A DNA stretch of 64,000 nt from a virus (IMGVR_UViG_3300011008_000026:30501-94500); one strand, 5' to 3'; numbered from the stretch's first letter, positions 11,401 to 25,330 are shown. Notes: a model not told the origin generated them from the sequence alone. A program made the numbers and translations.

Positions 11401-14400
11401 ATTCCAAACGCACTTGACATTTCCGTTCGAACTGTTTCAAGAAGATCGCTAGACTTTTCACGAATCATATCGGCTAGTTTGTCTTTTCCGTCTTCTGTTT
11501 TCAGAACACTTTTTATGTAATCAGAATTTAAACCAAGCGAGGTAGCAAGAAGTTCAATGTTATCATCATCTGTCAGATCTCCTGACCAGGCATTGTTTGC
11601 CATAGCAAGTTTGGAACGCTCACTGTAAAAGCCAGCTGCAACAGATGCTGCCTCAGCCTTTCCGCCTTCTCTTAGGTCGGTGATGTTCTTAGCAATCTCA
11701 GAAGCATTTTGTGCAATATTTCTATCTTCGCTTAATTGGAGCGACTTCTCTAAATCCGATTGCGCTCCTTCGATAACAGCTTTATCAATTTCCGCCTGCG
11801 CCTTTGCCAGTTGCGCATCCAACTCATCCTGAGAATAGCTTCCGGCTTCCTTCATTCGGATATATTCCGTCGCCTGTTCTCCCATTTTGCCGGCAGCCTG
11901 AGTATATAAAGCGTTTTCTTCTGTGTTTTTACTTGTCAGATCTCCTGTTAAAATGCGCCCCTGTGCTTCGGCAAGTTCAGTGGACGTAAAGAGTTCTGTG
12001 GCATTATAGAAAGGATTGCTACGGTCAACTTCAGTTGAAGATCCCATATAATACGCTTTGCCTTTATATATACGATATCCATTTTCACGAGCTTCAGCCT
12101 TTATACGGCGCCGCTCTTCATCGTTTTCTGCTGCCGCATAACGATCGGCATAAGTTCCGGCTTGCTGATCTGTAAGAATCTTAAACTGCTGATTGGCTTC
12201 TGCCCGTGCTGCTTCGTAGTCATTCTGAATACGGGCATCATCCCAGCCAGTCAGTTCCTTGATCATTTCATACTGCTCGCTCTTGGTCCCGTTGTTTAAC
12301 TTCGCTCCGATCTGAGCATTTGAATGCGCTTTATTGGCAAGCTCAAGCTCGGCTTTAATCTTAAGATTGCCGCCCTTCTTGATATTTTCAATTGCAGAGG
12401 CAGTTCCTTCCAGAACTTCGCCAAGTTCTTCAGCCTGTTTAATTCCATCAATCGTTAATTTAATATCCGCATTTCTCTCGAATATCTCAAGTTGAGCGTT
12501 ATACTGTTCAAGAAGTTCAAGATCTCTCTCGGATAACTTTTCGCCATTTTGCTGTTTTTGCACAAGCGCTGAATACTCGTTCCATCCGGAAAAGTCTGAC
12601 ATGTACTGGGCCGCAACTGTCGAGTCGTAAGAAGAAAGGCCACCGTTGCGAATTTTATCAATAACTTCTTTCTGTCCGTTATATTTGTCTGTAGAAGTTA
12701 AACCTTTAACGCCATATCTGCTGCTGTCGATTAAACGCCTTGCATACTTAACCTGTTCATCAGTCGCGTTCTGAGAAAGGAGAGACGTTAAAAGGTCTTC
12801 GTCTCCGACAATTTCTTTCAGATAGGCACGTTCATTATCATCCAGCACGGTGCTTCCTGCCGCCCATTGCTTAAATGTCTGTGGGCTGTAATACTTCTTA
12901 ACGGCATCTATTGCCTGCTGTGGCGCTCCCTGCTTTGTCAGGAAGTCTATCTGAGTCTGTTTCTCATCAGCGATATACTGATCATATTCCTGCATTCTTG
13001 CAGTTTCAGAGTAGAAAACCCGATTGTCCTTATTAAGTAAACTGTCGAGCGCAGACGTCGCAATGTCTGCTTTTTGACCTTTTGTCAGCGTGCTCTTTCC
13101 GATAGACGATTTGCCTGCAATCCAGTTGAGAAGAGCAAGATAGGTGCCTTCATCTTCAAATTTTACTTCTCCGTTTTCTACAACTGCTCCGCTTAGAATG
13201 TTAGCGAGTTCGCCGTTCTTCTCGTCAGTCCTGAGAAGATTTACAAGAAGCTGCTGACCTTCAGTTCCCGTTTGAGCCAGGAAGTCTTTATATGAAGAAA
13301 TCTCTTTCCCCTGAATAAGATCGTTGAACTGATCGGCATATGTCTTCTGCTGATTGGCAGTAGCATATGTCTGAGATCCAGTAGTGACAAGAGGGGAAAC
13401 AATATCTTGATAGGCGGTAAAAATGATTTTGTTAATCTTATTTTGAATTTCTTCCTGGATTGTCTTTATGTCTTCGACAATGTCATACGAATCGGCAAAC
13501 ACTTCTGGCGAATCAGGAACATTATCTTCTATCTCAGAAATCAAATCGTCTGCGAGCGCAATTGTATAATCATTGACCGCACGAACTGTTCCTTCAGAAA
13601 TCTCTCCATATACAGTTAAAACCGCAGCTTGCCATGTTTCATCGATACCGTTTTCGTTAATTACAGGCTTTCCGTCAGGCTCCATGCTCGAAAGAGTTTG
13701 ATAGACTTCAACGATTTCTTGCATTTTCTCATCGGAAATATTATCGGACTTATACGGAGATATTTCACTAATTTTTGGAGCTTCTACTGGTAAAACCTCT
13801 GCAGAAACGTTGTTGAACGCGCCTTCGTATTCTTTAACAGCTTCTTGCCATGCCAAGTCATTTTCACTTTTATCTACAGCGATTTGTCCGTGTCCTTTGC
13901 TATGTTCTGCGACAAGACTCCAATAAAATCCTTCGCGAGCATCTTCCAGCATTTCCCATTCGTCTTCCAAGGATTCCACAAGAATTTCGTAATCGTCACT
14001 TTCCTGCTTTTCTCCGTTGTGATCGATGTAATAATACATGCCTTTAACAGCATCAATCTCCGCTTGAGCAGCTTTTTTGCCTTCTTCGTTAACACCAAGA
14101 AGGGTTTCGCCCATCCAATACTGAACTTCATTCAGTTTGTCTCGCCATGCCTGAAGTCCTTCTTCGCCAATACCATAACTCATGCCGGTATTGGCATCCC
14201 GATAATCTGTTAAACTGCTGACGTAACTCTCGGCCTGTTCCCGTCCTTCTTCTTCGGAAAAGGTTTTAACGATTTGGCCTTCGCTGTCTAACACAACATA
14301 TTTGTTTTCTGAAATCTCTCTATTTCGTTTTGCGTCCAATAGAGTTTTTGCATACATTGGATCGGTCGGACTGATTTGCCGAAGTTCTTTGCTGGCTTCT

Positions 14401-17400
14401 TTTATCGCTTCATTTTCTTTATTGTGCGCATGCAGTATTCCATCTGAATCTTCATAAAATAAGAAATCAGAAAAACCTAGCACATCTCTTGCAAATCTTG
14501 CTGCTTCGTTCTTGTCTCTGCCAGCCGCATATGTAAATGACCCAGGATGAATATCTTCAGCTCTTTGTGTTTCGTCTCCGAATAATCCATGATAAGTATA
14601 CGAATATTTGTCACGATTCTCATCTTTAAAATCGCTTATCGTCTGATCTCTTAAATGAATGCTTTCAGAATGTAATGCTTCAGCTTCGGCGTTAGCAGCT
14701 TCCCATGTTTCAAATTCATCTTCCAGAACTTCACCTGTTCGTTTATTCTTTAACGTATAAGTCGCCTTAGTAGTTTCGATAATTGTCGGCTTCTCGGCTT
14801 CATTCTGTTTGTCAGCAATGGCCTTTGCTTCTTCGTAGGAATATCTCTTTCCGTCTGACCCGATATAATACGTTCCAGCTCCAAGATATTCTAGGCCAGC
14901 GTCAGCAGCCTGTTGCTCAACGGTTTCCTGCTTTTTTTGTTGACGATAATCTACCAATGTATTGTCAATGTTTTGTTGATAATTACCGTCTGTTCCAAAT
15001 ATGCTATTGTAAGCATCGGTTTTCCCGTTTGTAACATATACTCCAGCGTATTTGCCTGCCAGATAATCTATTTCATCTGAAGTATATCTTCCACCGAGAA
15101 TAGAACTATCACTGGCCCACTCTATAAAAGACGCTTTCGCGCTATCGTAAACCGCCGTAGGAGCAGAATCATATCCCGAACTGTTTAAATAATTAAAAGC
15201 TGCTTCAAGTTCTTGCTGTGTTACAACTCCATCGGATAGCCGCTTCGCCCATGCGTCTTTGGTGATACCGGTTGGATCGCTTTCAAAATCGTCCATTTTG
15301 CCAGCCAAGGCTGCGCTATACAACAAACTACTTAACGGGTCTTTTAAATCATTTGAAAAGCTTATTGTGCTTCCCCCGAGCGCTCCTGAAATAGCTCCGC
15401 CTAAGCCCCAGAATCTGTCGTTAACTTTTCCTGCTTCAATCTGGGAATTCATGGCACGCAAAGCGTTAGAATACATTTTGTATTCTTTAGCATCTTCATC
15501 AAAATACCATAAAATATTATTAAACAGAGGATTGGAAATATCTACTTCTTTACTTGCGGTTTCAACTTTTGAGGAAATACCTTTATCAATTGCATCTATA
15601 GAATCACCTCTGGTACCCGTCATGTGGCTTTCCCATAGTTGATTCTTTTTCTCATCCGCTTCTTTGATGACATTATCAGCCGCTTCGTCTGCTGTTCCAG
15701 ATAGTTCTTTTAACGAATCCGTTAATGTATCAATGCTATAAATTGTATCTTTGGCAGAAGAATCAGTTAAACCAAGCGATACTGCAAATTTATTTATTAA
15801 ATTTGCGTATTCTTTATTTTCTTCCGATGTTCTGTTTTTTGTATTCCTTAATTCGGTCAAACGATCGATTCCGTTGAAGCGTGTTTCGTATGCTTCTTTA
15901 TACTGCGTATTGCTCGTGCTAACTCTTTGCTCGGCTGTAGTTGATTTTCCAACATTATCAAGAGCAAGAGCAGAAACGCCAGCTATTCCGAGTCCTATTA
16001 CAATGCCGGGAAGACTTCCGCTCTTCAAACCCGCCATTATAGCGGCTATGGGAATCAGCGCAGATAAAACTCCCGGTAAAGAACCGGCAGAGGTAACAAT
16101 ATTGTTAATACCTTGAACAATGCGGGTCAAACCATCTACAAAACTTGTCGCAAGTCCTGATTTAATAACATCCTGAACAAGCCCGTCAAATGTGTTTTTC
16201 AGATTGTCTAAGGAAGCCTGAACACTTTCAACATAGACGTCGTATTTCTTATCTGTAATTCCATCCGCCTGATCCAGAAGATCAAGATACTTGTCGATTT
16301 CTCCTTCCTTAATACCAGTCATAATGGCACTAAAGTTAGAGAATTGACGAGTGCCGGCAATAGCCGTTGCAAGCTGTCTCTGCTCGTCATCACTCATCGT
16401 ATCATACTTCTGAGCCAGATCATACAGTAAATCAAAAGAAGATCTTCTTGAACCGTCGGAATTATTTGTTTGTATTCCATGGGAACGGAGCAGTGTCGCT
16501 ACGGCAGAACCACTTATGGTGTTGCCATTCTCATCTGTGATGATCTCTTTGGTTCCGACCTTATTCATCCGGCCGAAAATAGAGTTCAAGGTTGTACCAG
16601 CAACATTACCTGTTACCTGTGTCGTTGCAGTTACAGCAGTAAGCAAGGCGACGAGCTGTCCATAGGTTGTTCCGTCTATTGCGGCGGCCGCACCGGACTT
16701 TTCAATTCCCTTTTCAATCTGGGCGGCATTGGTAGCGGCACTGTCACCTAACATGGTAACAACATCAGCTGCATACTGCGCATCGTCTACCAGTCCAGTA
16801 TTAAGGGCGGTTGTAATCAGCTTGGTTGCGTCAGTTGCTTTTGTACCAGAAACTTTGGAGAACTTGGCAATTGTATCAAGCCGTTCTTCCATCTCTTCGT
16901 CAGAAAGACCCTGACGATAGAGCTCCGTACTCATCTGAGCAATTTCAGAGAAAGAGATCTTGAGTTCCTTGGCCTTGTCAATCAGACCTTGTCCAAGCGT
17001 TTCCATTTCAGAGTTACTCTTCAGAGTAATCATCTGAATATTGGTAAGTGTCTTATCGTATTCCTTGACGAACCGCTTAACTTCTTGAAGTATCTTGTTG
17101 AAGATTTGTCTGCCAAATCTGGTGGCGAGCATACTGATCGTATTGCCAAACTGAACAGAAGCGGCGTTTGCAATGCCGAAAGGCCCTGACAGCTTAGCAA
17201 TCTGAGATCCGGCACGTTCTGATGCAGCTTCCAAATCTCTTAATTCGGCAGCAGTCTTATCGTAATCCTTATCGCCTTCTCCTTTTCCTTTTTCAACCAT
17301 TTCGTTAAGGCGATTCTGTACTGTATATTTTTGAGCATCTACTTTTACTTTATAATTCTGCCAGCCGCTAAGAGCGGAGTCTCTTGATTGTATAGCACGT

Positions 17401-20400
17401 CCAATAAATCCACGATTCATGCCGTAGGTTGACCTTGTCAGCTGGTCCCCCTGCCGCATAAGCTGGTCATGCTGAAAATCTCTGGACTGAGATCGAAGCG
17501 CTATGCTTTCATCTGTATGTGCTTTAAATTCCTTTTGTTCGGCTTTTAACCTTTCCAGGTCAGCACTAAGTCTTTTAGCTCCATCCGCATATTCTTGGCG
17601 GGTTTGTTTGCTATAAGATTGGTCTCTGGCCATATCATTAAGCTTTTGCAGTTCTTTTTCTACTTCAGCGATTTTTTCTCTCCACTTTTCAAGTGCTTCG
17701 ATTTGGGGATCATAGGTTCCTGCAATTTTGTCATTAGCCGTGGAGAGACTTTCAATCATACTCTTGGATCCAGCCAAAGAATAATTCATGAAATCCCGGC
17801 CGGCCATAGAGGAAAGAGTATTATCACCTTTAACGAATCTGAGTAGTTCGGATTGTTGCTCGTCGCTTAATGTATCAAATTGACTTGATTTAACAAATTC
17901 GTTAATTCGTTTTTCGTAACCACGTGCAATACCTGTATTTACTTCCAAACGCCTGATTGCGGCAGGTGTTTCTTTAACCTTTGCAATGGAAGATAAATTA
18001 CCGGAATACAGTTGTTTAGAAAATTCGGTACTTCCTTGAATCAGCTGCGCAAAACGATCTTGGGCTAGTTGCCTGAACTCCGGATCCGCCATCATCCCGC
18101 CAGGTCCGGAAGGTCCACTGGGCGGATTGTTTGGCGGAGAAGGAGAAGAAGGAGGATTGTTACCCGTGTTATTTTGGCCTGTCTGATTACCGAGTACAAC
18201 AGGAACATTGTTTGTTGTTGTGTTGTGATTGGCTGCATTCGGGCATTGAGATAAAGATGCATCATATTCAATGCCACAAATCGGACACTTCTTTTTCGGT
18301 GTTTTACCTGAAGAAGTTCCCCCGCCTTGTCCGGTTTGTCCATTTGTGGTGGTTTGACTTCCGGATGCGGCAGGCGTTGCAGAAGCATTATTCGTTTGTG
18401 TTTTATGATTAGCCGCATTGGGGCATTCTGGAAGATTATGATCATACCAAGTGCCACAAATAGGGCATTTTGTTCTCGGGGGAATAGTCCAAGGTTCACG
18501 AGAGTCATAGAATGGAATATCTTCCATGCCCGGTTCTTCTTCAAATCTGCCTCTAATTCTCAGTATCTGACTTGCCGATTTAACTTGCGATCCTCTTCCC
18601 CTTGCTAACGTATAATGCTTTTTGATTGAGCTATCACTTTCCGTTGTAATATTTGGGATGGCTTCAGTTGCAACCAAAGCTTCTTTCTCTTTTTCTTCCT
18701 GCGTTTTCTGTGCAACTTTCCACCCCAACTCTGGCTTGGATGAAGGTTGATAATTTACATATTGACTGCCTTGTAATAATGCGATTGCCTTTTCTGCGGA
18801 AACTTGTCCAACTCCATTAGTTACTAATTGCTGCCAATTTCCAGAAGAGACAGCTGCGGCGACAGTCTCTCTTGGTAAATTCAGAATTGCATCAATTTGA
18901 GAATCATTTAATTTTCTGCCGGACGCAGGCTTTTGCGACAATAAATCACGAGCTTCATCTTTTGCCGTCTTCTGAACTTGATTTGCTACTTCAGCTTTTG
19001 CTTCAGCCGCCTTCTGTTCTTCTTTCGCCTGTTCCTGTTTTGCATCAGTTGCTTTTTGAGCAGCTTCTTCAGCCTTTGTTTCAAGAGCCGTATCAGGAAC
19101 TTTGTCTGTTGTTGTAACCTGTACGCTTTTTTCGCGTACATCCTTTAATACTTCATCGGCCTTTAACTTTTGCGCTTCAATTTCTGCTTGCGCAGCAGCT
19201 TCTTCTGCTTTGACCTGCTCTTGAGTCTGAACAATCTTTTTTCTTTTCGGTTTCGTTTCCTTTGGTTTTGGCTGTTCTACAATCTGTTCTGCCGCTGGCT
19301 CTTCGACTTGTGGCGCTTTAGATGCTGTAATTCTGGAATACAGCATAGAAGGATCAACGCCTAAAGAAGCGGCAAGCTTTTCAGCGGATGCTTTTCTCTC
19401 CGAATCACTTTCTATTGCACGCTGAGTATATGAATAGTTACTAATTTGCTCAGCTACCATCAGACCGGCAGCTTTACGTCTCTTTGCATATTCATCGTCG
19501 AGATTAAAATATTCACCATTCTTTTGCTTTTGCTTTTGTTCTTTTTTCAAATCAGCCCAGATTTCTTCGTCTGCAAGCCTTTTTTGCGCGAGTATAGCAT
19601 CTTCATCTTCCTGAGAAAGAGCAATAAAATCTCCATTTAATAAGCCTGCTTTCGCCTGACGAAGCATCATAGTAAGTTTGTAGGCTTCAGTTCCTTCTCG
19701 TTCCGATGTTGGCATGTTCTTTGAATCGAGAATTGTATTCCAGTCATAGAGAGAATTGCCGTGTATATCGTGACCATTGATTTCAAGACCCTGCTGTTTA
19801 AGCTTACTTCTTTGACGAAGTGTTCCAAGAACCGCACCGTTGGTTAATGTCGGAAGATTAACTTCGTCGAGTCTTCTTTTGTTAAATTTTTCTTGTGCTG
19901 CCTGATCCCATACATATCCGGATTCGTCATTAGCGCCTTTTGTAGTAACATCTTTAGCGGCCCATTCGAAAATTCTTGCAAAAGAACGACCAAAAGAAGA
20001 TGCACTTGTTTGTTCTTCTGTCTGCGCCCATTTTTCTGCTGTTTTTAAGTGAGTAGAAACAACATCATATTGATCTTCGTGGTCCAACAGAGCCTGAGCA
20101 AATTCAGGATTAATCTCGCCATTTCTATTATAAAGAGCCGCAATAATATCTGTAGCTCTATCTGCTTGACCCATCATGGGACTGGTTACGCCGACACCAA
20201 ACATATAATCAATGAGGTCATCCATGCTGTCCAGTTTCCATGTTTTATCAGGGTTGTCCGGTAGACTTAGTGTGCGATTCTCTTTTCGCGCTTTTTGATT
20301 TTTCCGAACGTATGCTATTTTTTGTTCATCGGTCCATTTTGACGCATCAGGGAATTGTTCTTCAGGGTGTTTCTTTGCCTTTTCCTGCATATTGTCAAAG

Positions 20401-23400
20401 GCTGCCAGAAGAATGCCGTTAACTTGCTTGGTCGCTTCCTCGTTCAACAATCCCATTACCTGTGCGAAATCTTTTTTGTCCGTGCTGGATAAATTATCAA
20501 TGTTGAACATTGTGGACAGATCAAACTGACCTGTTTTATCACCATCGAAATCCATTCCCTGTAGGAATCCAAGAATTGGAGATACGGGATTAAAATAAAT
20601 GCCTTTCTCATCCAGCCCGCGATTTGACATAGATTTACGGATGGCAGCACCAACAGTAGACCGCCCGCCGCCTACCACATCATTGCTGTTCCAAAGGTTT
20701 TTTGCCTTTATGTTACCGCTTAAGGTTGCGGGAAATCGAACAAGGGAAAGAAATTTTGAATTGGATTTAGCAGAGACAACGTCGTTTTCTCCAAGATGCA
20801 GCTTTCTCTGCAAAGGTGTTAACTGTTGTCCGTTACGAACAAACATTTCATTAAGTACATTCTGCGCCCATGGGGCCGCCATGCCATAAGACATGACGCC
20901 TGTTGGCATCAATCTGTCACCTTCAGTATATCGCTGAAGCATATTGTCGATATGATCCTGCTTTTTCTTTCTGGCTTCTTCAGAATTTAAATCAATTGTT
21001 TGATCTCCGCCAAAGATAACATCGCGGGCATATTGTTCGTCGTCAAGATGCGCTATTTCTTTTTGCAGAATATTTGCAAAATAGGCTTCAATATCTTCTC
21101 TTTGAAACGCTCCTGCAAGCTGTCCGTTCACAATTTGTTTGGACAGCCACCGAGAAGAAGTACCAGCACCATCGTATGTTGTTTTAGCATATATATGGTG
21201 TCTGGAATAATCTCTGGAACGCCGATCATTTAACTGTGCCTGAGTCAGATCATTTCCTTGGTCGTCTTTAAATATAGCCTTATTTTTAATATTGTCATCA
21301 ACTTCAAGAAAATCAGTGTCCCAAGGTACAATAAGATCACTGCGCCAAACGACATTGCCCTTTTCGTCTTTTCTGACGTCCATTCCGGCTCCGGGAATAA
21401 CAAAATCGCCATATTGCATCATAATGCTCTGAACCATCTTGTTGCGCTTACGTCCGCGAATAGATGGATCGATTGCGGCAATTTTAGCTCTTGTGATATC
21501 ATTGTCTATGATCTGGTCAGGATTATCGCGTTTCATCCCAATCAAATCTTGCTTAACAAACGTGGCTTTTCCGCCGTAAACACGTCCCTGGAAGCTCTCC
21601 TGAACACCCTTGTTAAATGCCCAGTTTGCGCCGTCCATCAACTTGATTGCATCTTTCCCTTCGCCTGTAGCAAAGTGCCCGACAACAACCTTCATATTAG
21701 GTTTGCCGAGCTGTTCCATGATACGCTTCTCTTGCTGAGGATGAGTGAGTTCACCGCTTGCCTTTTTTTCCGCAATTTTCTTTTCCGCTTCCGGAGTGCT
21801 TTCAAAACCAAAGTTCATTCCCCAATAGGAACTTAGGTCTTCGCCATCTGTAGCTAACAGATTCATATTGTAAGCGGCTTTTGCAAAATCTTTACGGCTG
21901 GAAAATTCATTTCCGGCCCCATTCCGAAGTAATTTTAAACCAGCAGCCCGAATTTCATCAGAATATGGAGCGTCAGGCGCCAAACCAAGCTCATAGCGGC
22001 CTAGATCGTCTACGATTGAAGCCTTCATAAATTCTGTATGAGTTTTGCTTACACGAGTTGCGATATAAGGTGTATTATTAACTTCATAGCCGTTAGTTAG
22101 ACGTTCCTTTAATTCCGCCTTCAGCTTTGCTTTTTCTTTCTCGGGCAAATATTGATTCGCAAGACGCTCGTCGTGTTTTAGATAGATCATGTTGTCGTCA
22201 AAGTCATTATGCCCGGCTTTAGAAGCAGAAGGCATAGAATGAACAAGATCCATCAGCATGCTGCCGTTCATTCCGATAGTATGAAAATCATCGGGTGAAA
22301 TGGAAAGCTGTCCATTTTTTGCAGATGCTCTTTGCGGTCCGTGAATATGTGGAAATGCTGTCCATGTGCCATTAATGTTTTTAACGGGACTTATTCCGGT
22401 TATTTGGACATTTTGCGCCATCATATCCAGCGCATATTCAGCAAAGCCACGGTTTACTTCATGGGGCAAGTGATTTATTTGCCCGACATATCGTTTTTTC
22501 GGAGAAGTATTAGGATCAAACTGGGGAGCCTGATCCATCCTATAGTATCCCGGATTGTACCAGCTAAAACTTTCATCCATAGAACGTGCTGTTCTAAGTT
22601 CGCTATCTAAAGTTTTATTATGTCCAATCTTTCGGGAAATATTCGGCCGGTTGTCCGGATCTTCGACATCATGCGTTCCGTATCTGTAGTGGCCACGTGC
22701 ACCGGTGACAATGCCGCTAAAATTAATACCACCCATGGCATTAACCATATCGCGTGTGGCTTCGTTGTTGTAATACAGTTTGCCCTGACTTCTTCCATAT
22801 ACACCGGCAGCAACAGCAGCATCTGCGGCAAGATGATCTTTTTGAACAATTTTATCCAGCTTGGCCTGTTCTTCTCTTGTCAGTTTCGTGTTTCCGTCTG
22901 GCGTGCTTCCAAATGTACGAAGTTCTTCCTTTTTTGTTGGACGTCGAACGGGGATGGTCCGATAAGACGCGGGTACCATTTCACGGAAGGATTCAGGAGC
23001 CGCCCTAAAAACGACGTTTGAATTGCCTGCTACGTCACTCCGCATGGATTGCGGAAGTAAAATTGGCATCTGGCTTTTAATATAAGCAGACATAACGCTG
23101 GTTTTAGCGGCTTGAGGGTTTACAGATTTAATCTGCGCCTGTAAAGATTTCCCTTCTGAACTGGATATGAAAGCTTTTAGCAGCTCATCGTCAGAAAGCA
23201 TACTGCTTTTTTTGATTCCCTTCGAAGCCTGAGCCGAAGCTTGTGCAGTGGCCCTTGTCGCAACGGTAAGAAGGGATTTTTTTATTTTATCAGCAAAGCT
23301 AACGAGAGTATTTGTAATTGCAGGAGTAATATCTTTGGCAAAGTCCTGTGTATTGGAAACTGATTTTTGAATATCCTGAATTGTCTTGTCTGCCATTTCG

Positions 23401-23687
23401 ACTTTGCGTCTGTAGACTGCTGTCAAATCTGCCCGTTCAATTGAATTTGAGGCATTGTCGATTGCGTTTCTGGCTCGAACAATATCGGTCAGACTTGAAA
23501 TCCAGTGATCATATTTTGTTTTGATTGCTTCACCGTATCCGGAAAGACCCGTTCCCTGAGCCATGGGGACAAGAGAAGAAGCCTTCTCCTGCAGGCTGGT
23601 GATCTTACTTTCGATCTCTTCTGCTTTCTGGTTAAAGGGATCATCGTTAATATCGACACCTAAACTTAAAATTTCATTTTCATCCAT
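5480..23687 (-). CDS. Giant tape measure protein with N-terminal RNA polymerase-like domain; spliced from exon 1 (23687-8322) and exon 2 (7222-5480), ~5702 aa
   Basis: TP901-type TMP core near residue 2200 (KEYDKTLTNIQMIT...STELYRQGLS...LGDSAATNAAQI); long coiled-coil C-terminal half; tail KKGGLVDFTGPAWVDGT typical of TMPs; RNAP motifs at residues ~685-1050; removing the intron joins NEWA|LLKKDL in frame. Confidence 0.85.
7264..8006 (-). pseudogene. GIY-YIG homing endonuclease with NUMOD-like tail, frameshifted at an A8 run (7479-7486)
   Basis: ATG 8006 after AAAAGGAG; MKQCGVYSITNLVNGKRYIGRS; the C-terminal RPVMCVETGVIYSS...GGYHWKF domain is in the -1 frame (7264-7464). Confidence 0.75.
8149..8181 (-). 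promoter_or_regulatory. Phage-specific promoter-like motif copy 2 (inside the intron, upstream of the HEG)
   Basis: TTCGCGCATTCGAAAATACGCATAATGGAGAG. Confidence 0.6.
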
Positions 23688-23717
23688 TGGAAAAGACTCC
23701 TTTCTTTTAGTGGATTA

Positions 23718-23747
23718 TTGACAACTGTATATCAAAAACCATATAAT
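23718..23747 (+). promoter_or_regulatory. Sigma70/sigmaA-type promoter for the helicase
   Basis: TTGACA (23718)-18 nt-TATAAT (23742). Confidence 0.7.
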
Positions 23748-23787
23748 ATGATGGTTGAATTTTCAGATAGGGGAGGGGATTAAAGAG

Positions 23788-25329
23788 TTGTTTAAAAAGA
23801 ATAAAGATATAGGGGATGAATTGTTTTTACTTAAAAGCGAATACGAAAAAATAAAAATACAGCAAAAGAAATCTATGGATAAGATTTCTTCTTTAGAAAG
23901 CGTCGTTTCTGATCTCACAGGAAAAATCAAAGTCCTTGAAAAGAAGCTCGAAGATACAGAGAAGTCCAAACCGGTTGCTGCCTCAAACTCAGATATTAAA
24001 CTAACGCCCGAACAACAACAGGCGCTTACAAAACTCACAACAACAGACGATAATTATTTCGTCACGGGAAAGGCGGGGACAGGGAAGTCCACGCTGTTAA
24101 GAAAACTGGTGGAAATATCCGACCCGAAATCCACAGCAGTTGTTGCGTTTACAGGGGCGGCCGCGTTAAATGTCGGAGGTCAGACAATTCATACTTTCTT
24201 CAGATTGAGCCTTGGCCCTCAGGATGTTTTGAACTCAGACAATATTCAGTCGCCCCCGTATATCGAAGATGTTCTTGCCGTATTGAAAATCCTGATCATT
24301 GACGAAATATCCATGGTCAGATCAGACATTCTGGACATGATGGATCATAAGCTCCGGAAAGTAAAAGACGGCAATCTGCCGTTTGGCGGCTGTCGAATAA
24401 TTGCGTTTGGAGACCCGTATCAGCTTCCTCCGATTGCCAGTTCCCGTGAAGAAGAAAAATTCATCCGGCTCAGATACAATACGCTTCACTTCTTTGGCGC
24501 TCCCGGCTCGAAGACATTCAAAAGGATTGAGCTGCAGAATATTATGCGTCAGACTGATCAGCGGTTTATTGCCGCCCTGAATGAGATTCGCCTTGGGAAC
24601 CCTTCTGCAGAAACCCTTCGATACATTAATGCAAGCGGAAGAAAAGATTTCCCGGACAACTGGACACGTCTGACACTGAAGAAAAGTGTAGCCGCCGAGA
24701 TCAACCGTAAAATGCTTGAGAAAATTCCCGGCGAGGAGTTTATATTTAAAGCACAGTTTGGAGGAGACGATCCCCCTACAAGGAGCGATCTGACCTTCGA
24801 GCCTGTTTTGAACGTGAAGATCGGCGCTCGTGTAATTGCCGTTAAAAACGATCTGCAAAAACGTTATGTAAATGGATCGATTGGAATTGTAGTAGCCGTC
24901 AAAGACGATGAAATAATTGTCAACTTCAACGGAGTGGATATTCCTGTCTCGACAATGCTGGATGAAAAAGCGCAGTATTACTATGACAGAAAGAAAAGAG
25001 AGCTGTCCAAGCAAATCGTTGGGTGGTGCAATCAATACCCTCTGAAGCTGGCCTACGCAATTACCGTACACAAATCACAGGGCCAGACATTTGACAATAT
25101 CATTCTCGATTTCTCAGGATGCACAGCGTTTGCTCCGGGGCAGACCTATGTAGCCTTATCCAGATGCAAATCTCTGCTTGGCTTAAGACTGACAAGACCA
25201 ATTGACAGGCGGGATGTTTATGTTGATCCGGATATTACCGCGTACATGAACAATCAGTTTCAGCCGCGAAACGAAGAAGACATACTTGTCAGCAAATGGA
25301 TGGAAGAAATAGAACTGCCGTTTGAATGA
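23788..25329 (+). CDS. PIF1/RecD-like SF1B helicase
   Basis: GKAGTGKS, DEISMV, GDPYQLPP, YAITVHKSQGQT, YVALSR; likely TTG start at 23788 after GGGGAGGGG (ORF track starts at 23755). Confidence 0.9.
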   Translation: MFKKNKDIGDELFLLKSEYEKIKIQQKKSMDKISSLESVVSDLTGKIKVLEKKLEDTEKSKPVAASNSDIKLTPEQQQALTKLTTTDDNYFVTGKAGTGKSTLLRKLVEISDPKSTAVVAFTGAAALNVGGQTIHTFFRLSLGPQDVLNSDNIQSPPYIEDVLAVLKILIIDEISMVRSDILDMMDHKLRKVKDGNLPFGGCRIIAFGDPYQLPPIASSREEEKFIRLRYNTLHFFGAPGSKTFKRIELQNIMRQTDQRFIAALNEIRLGNPSAETLRYINASGRKDFPDNWTRLTLKKSVAAEINRKMLEKIPGEEFIFKAQFGGDDPPTRSDLTFEPVLNVKIGARVIAVKNDLQKRYVNGSIGIVVAVKDDEIIVNFNGVDIPVSTMLDEKAQYYYDRKKRELSKQIVGWCNQYPLKLAYAITVHKSQGQTFDNIILDFSGCTAFAPGQTYVALSRCKSLLGLRLTRPIDRRDVYVDPDITAYMNNQFQPRNEEDILVSKWMEEIELPFE

Positions 25330-25330
25330 T

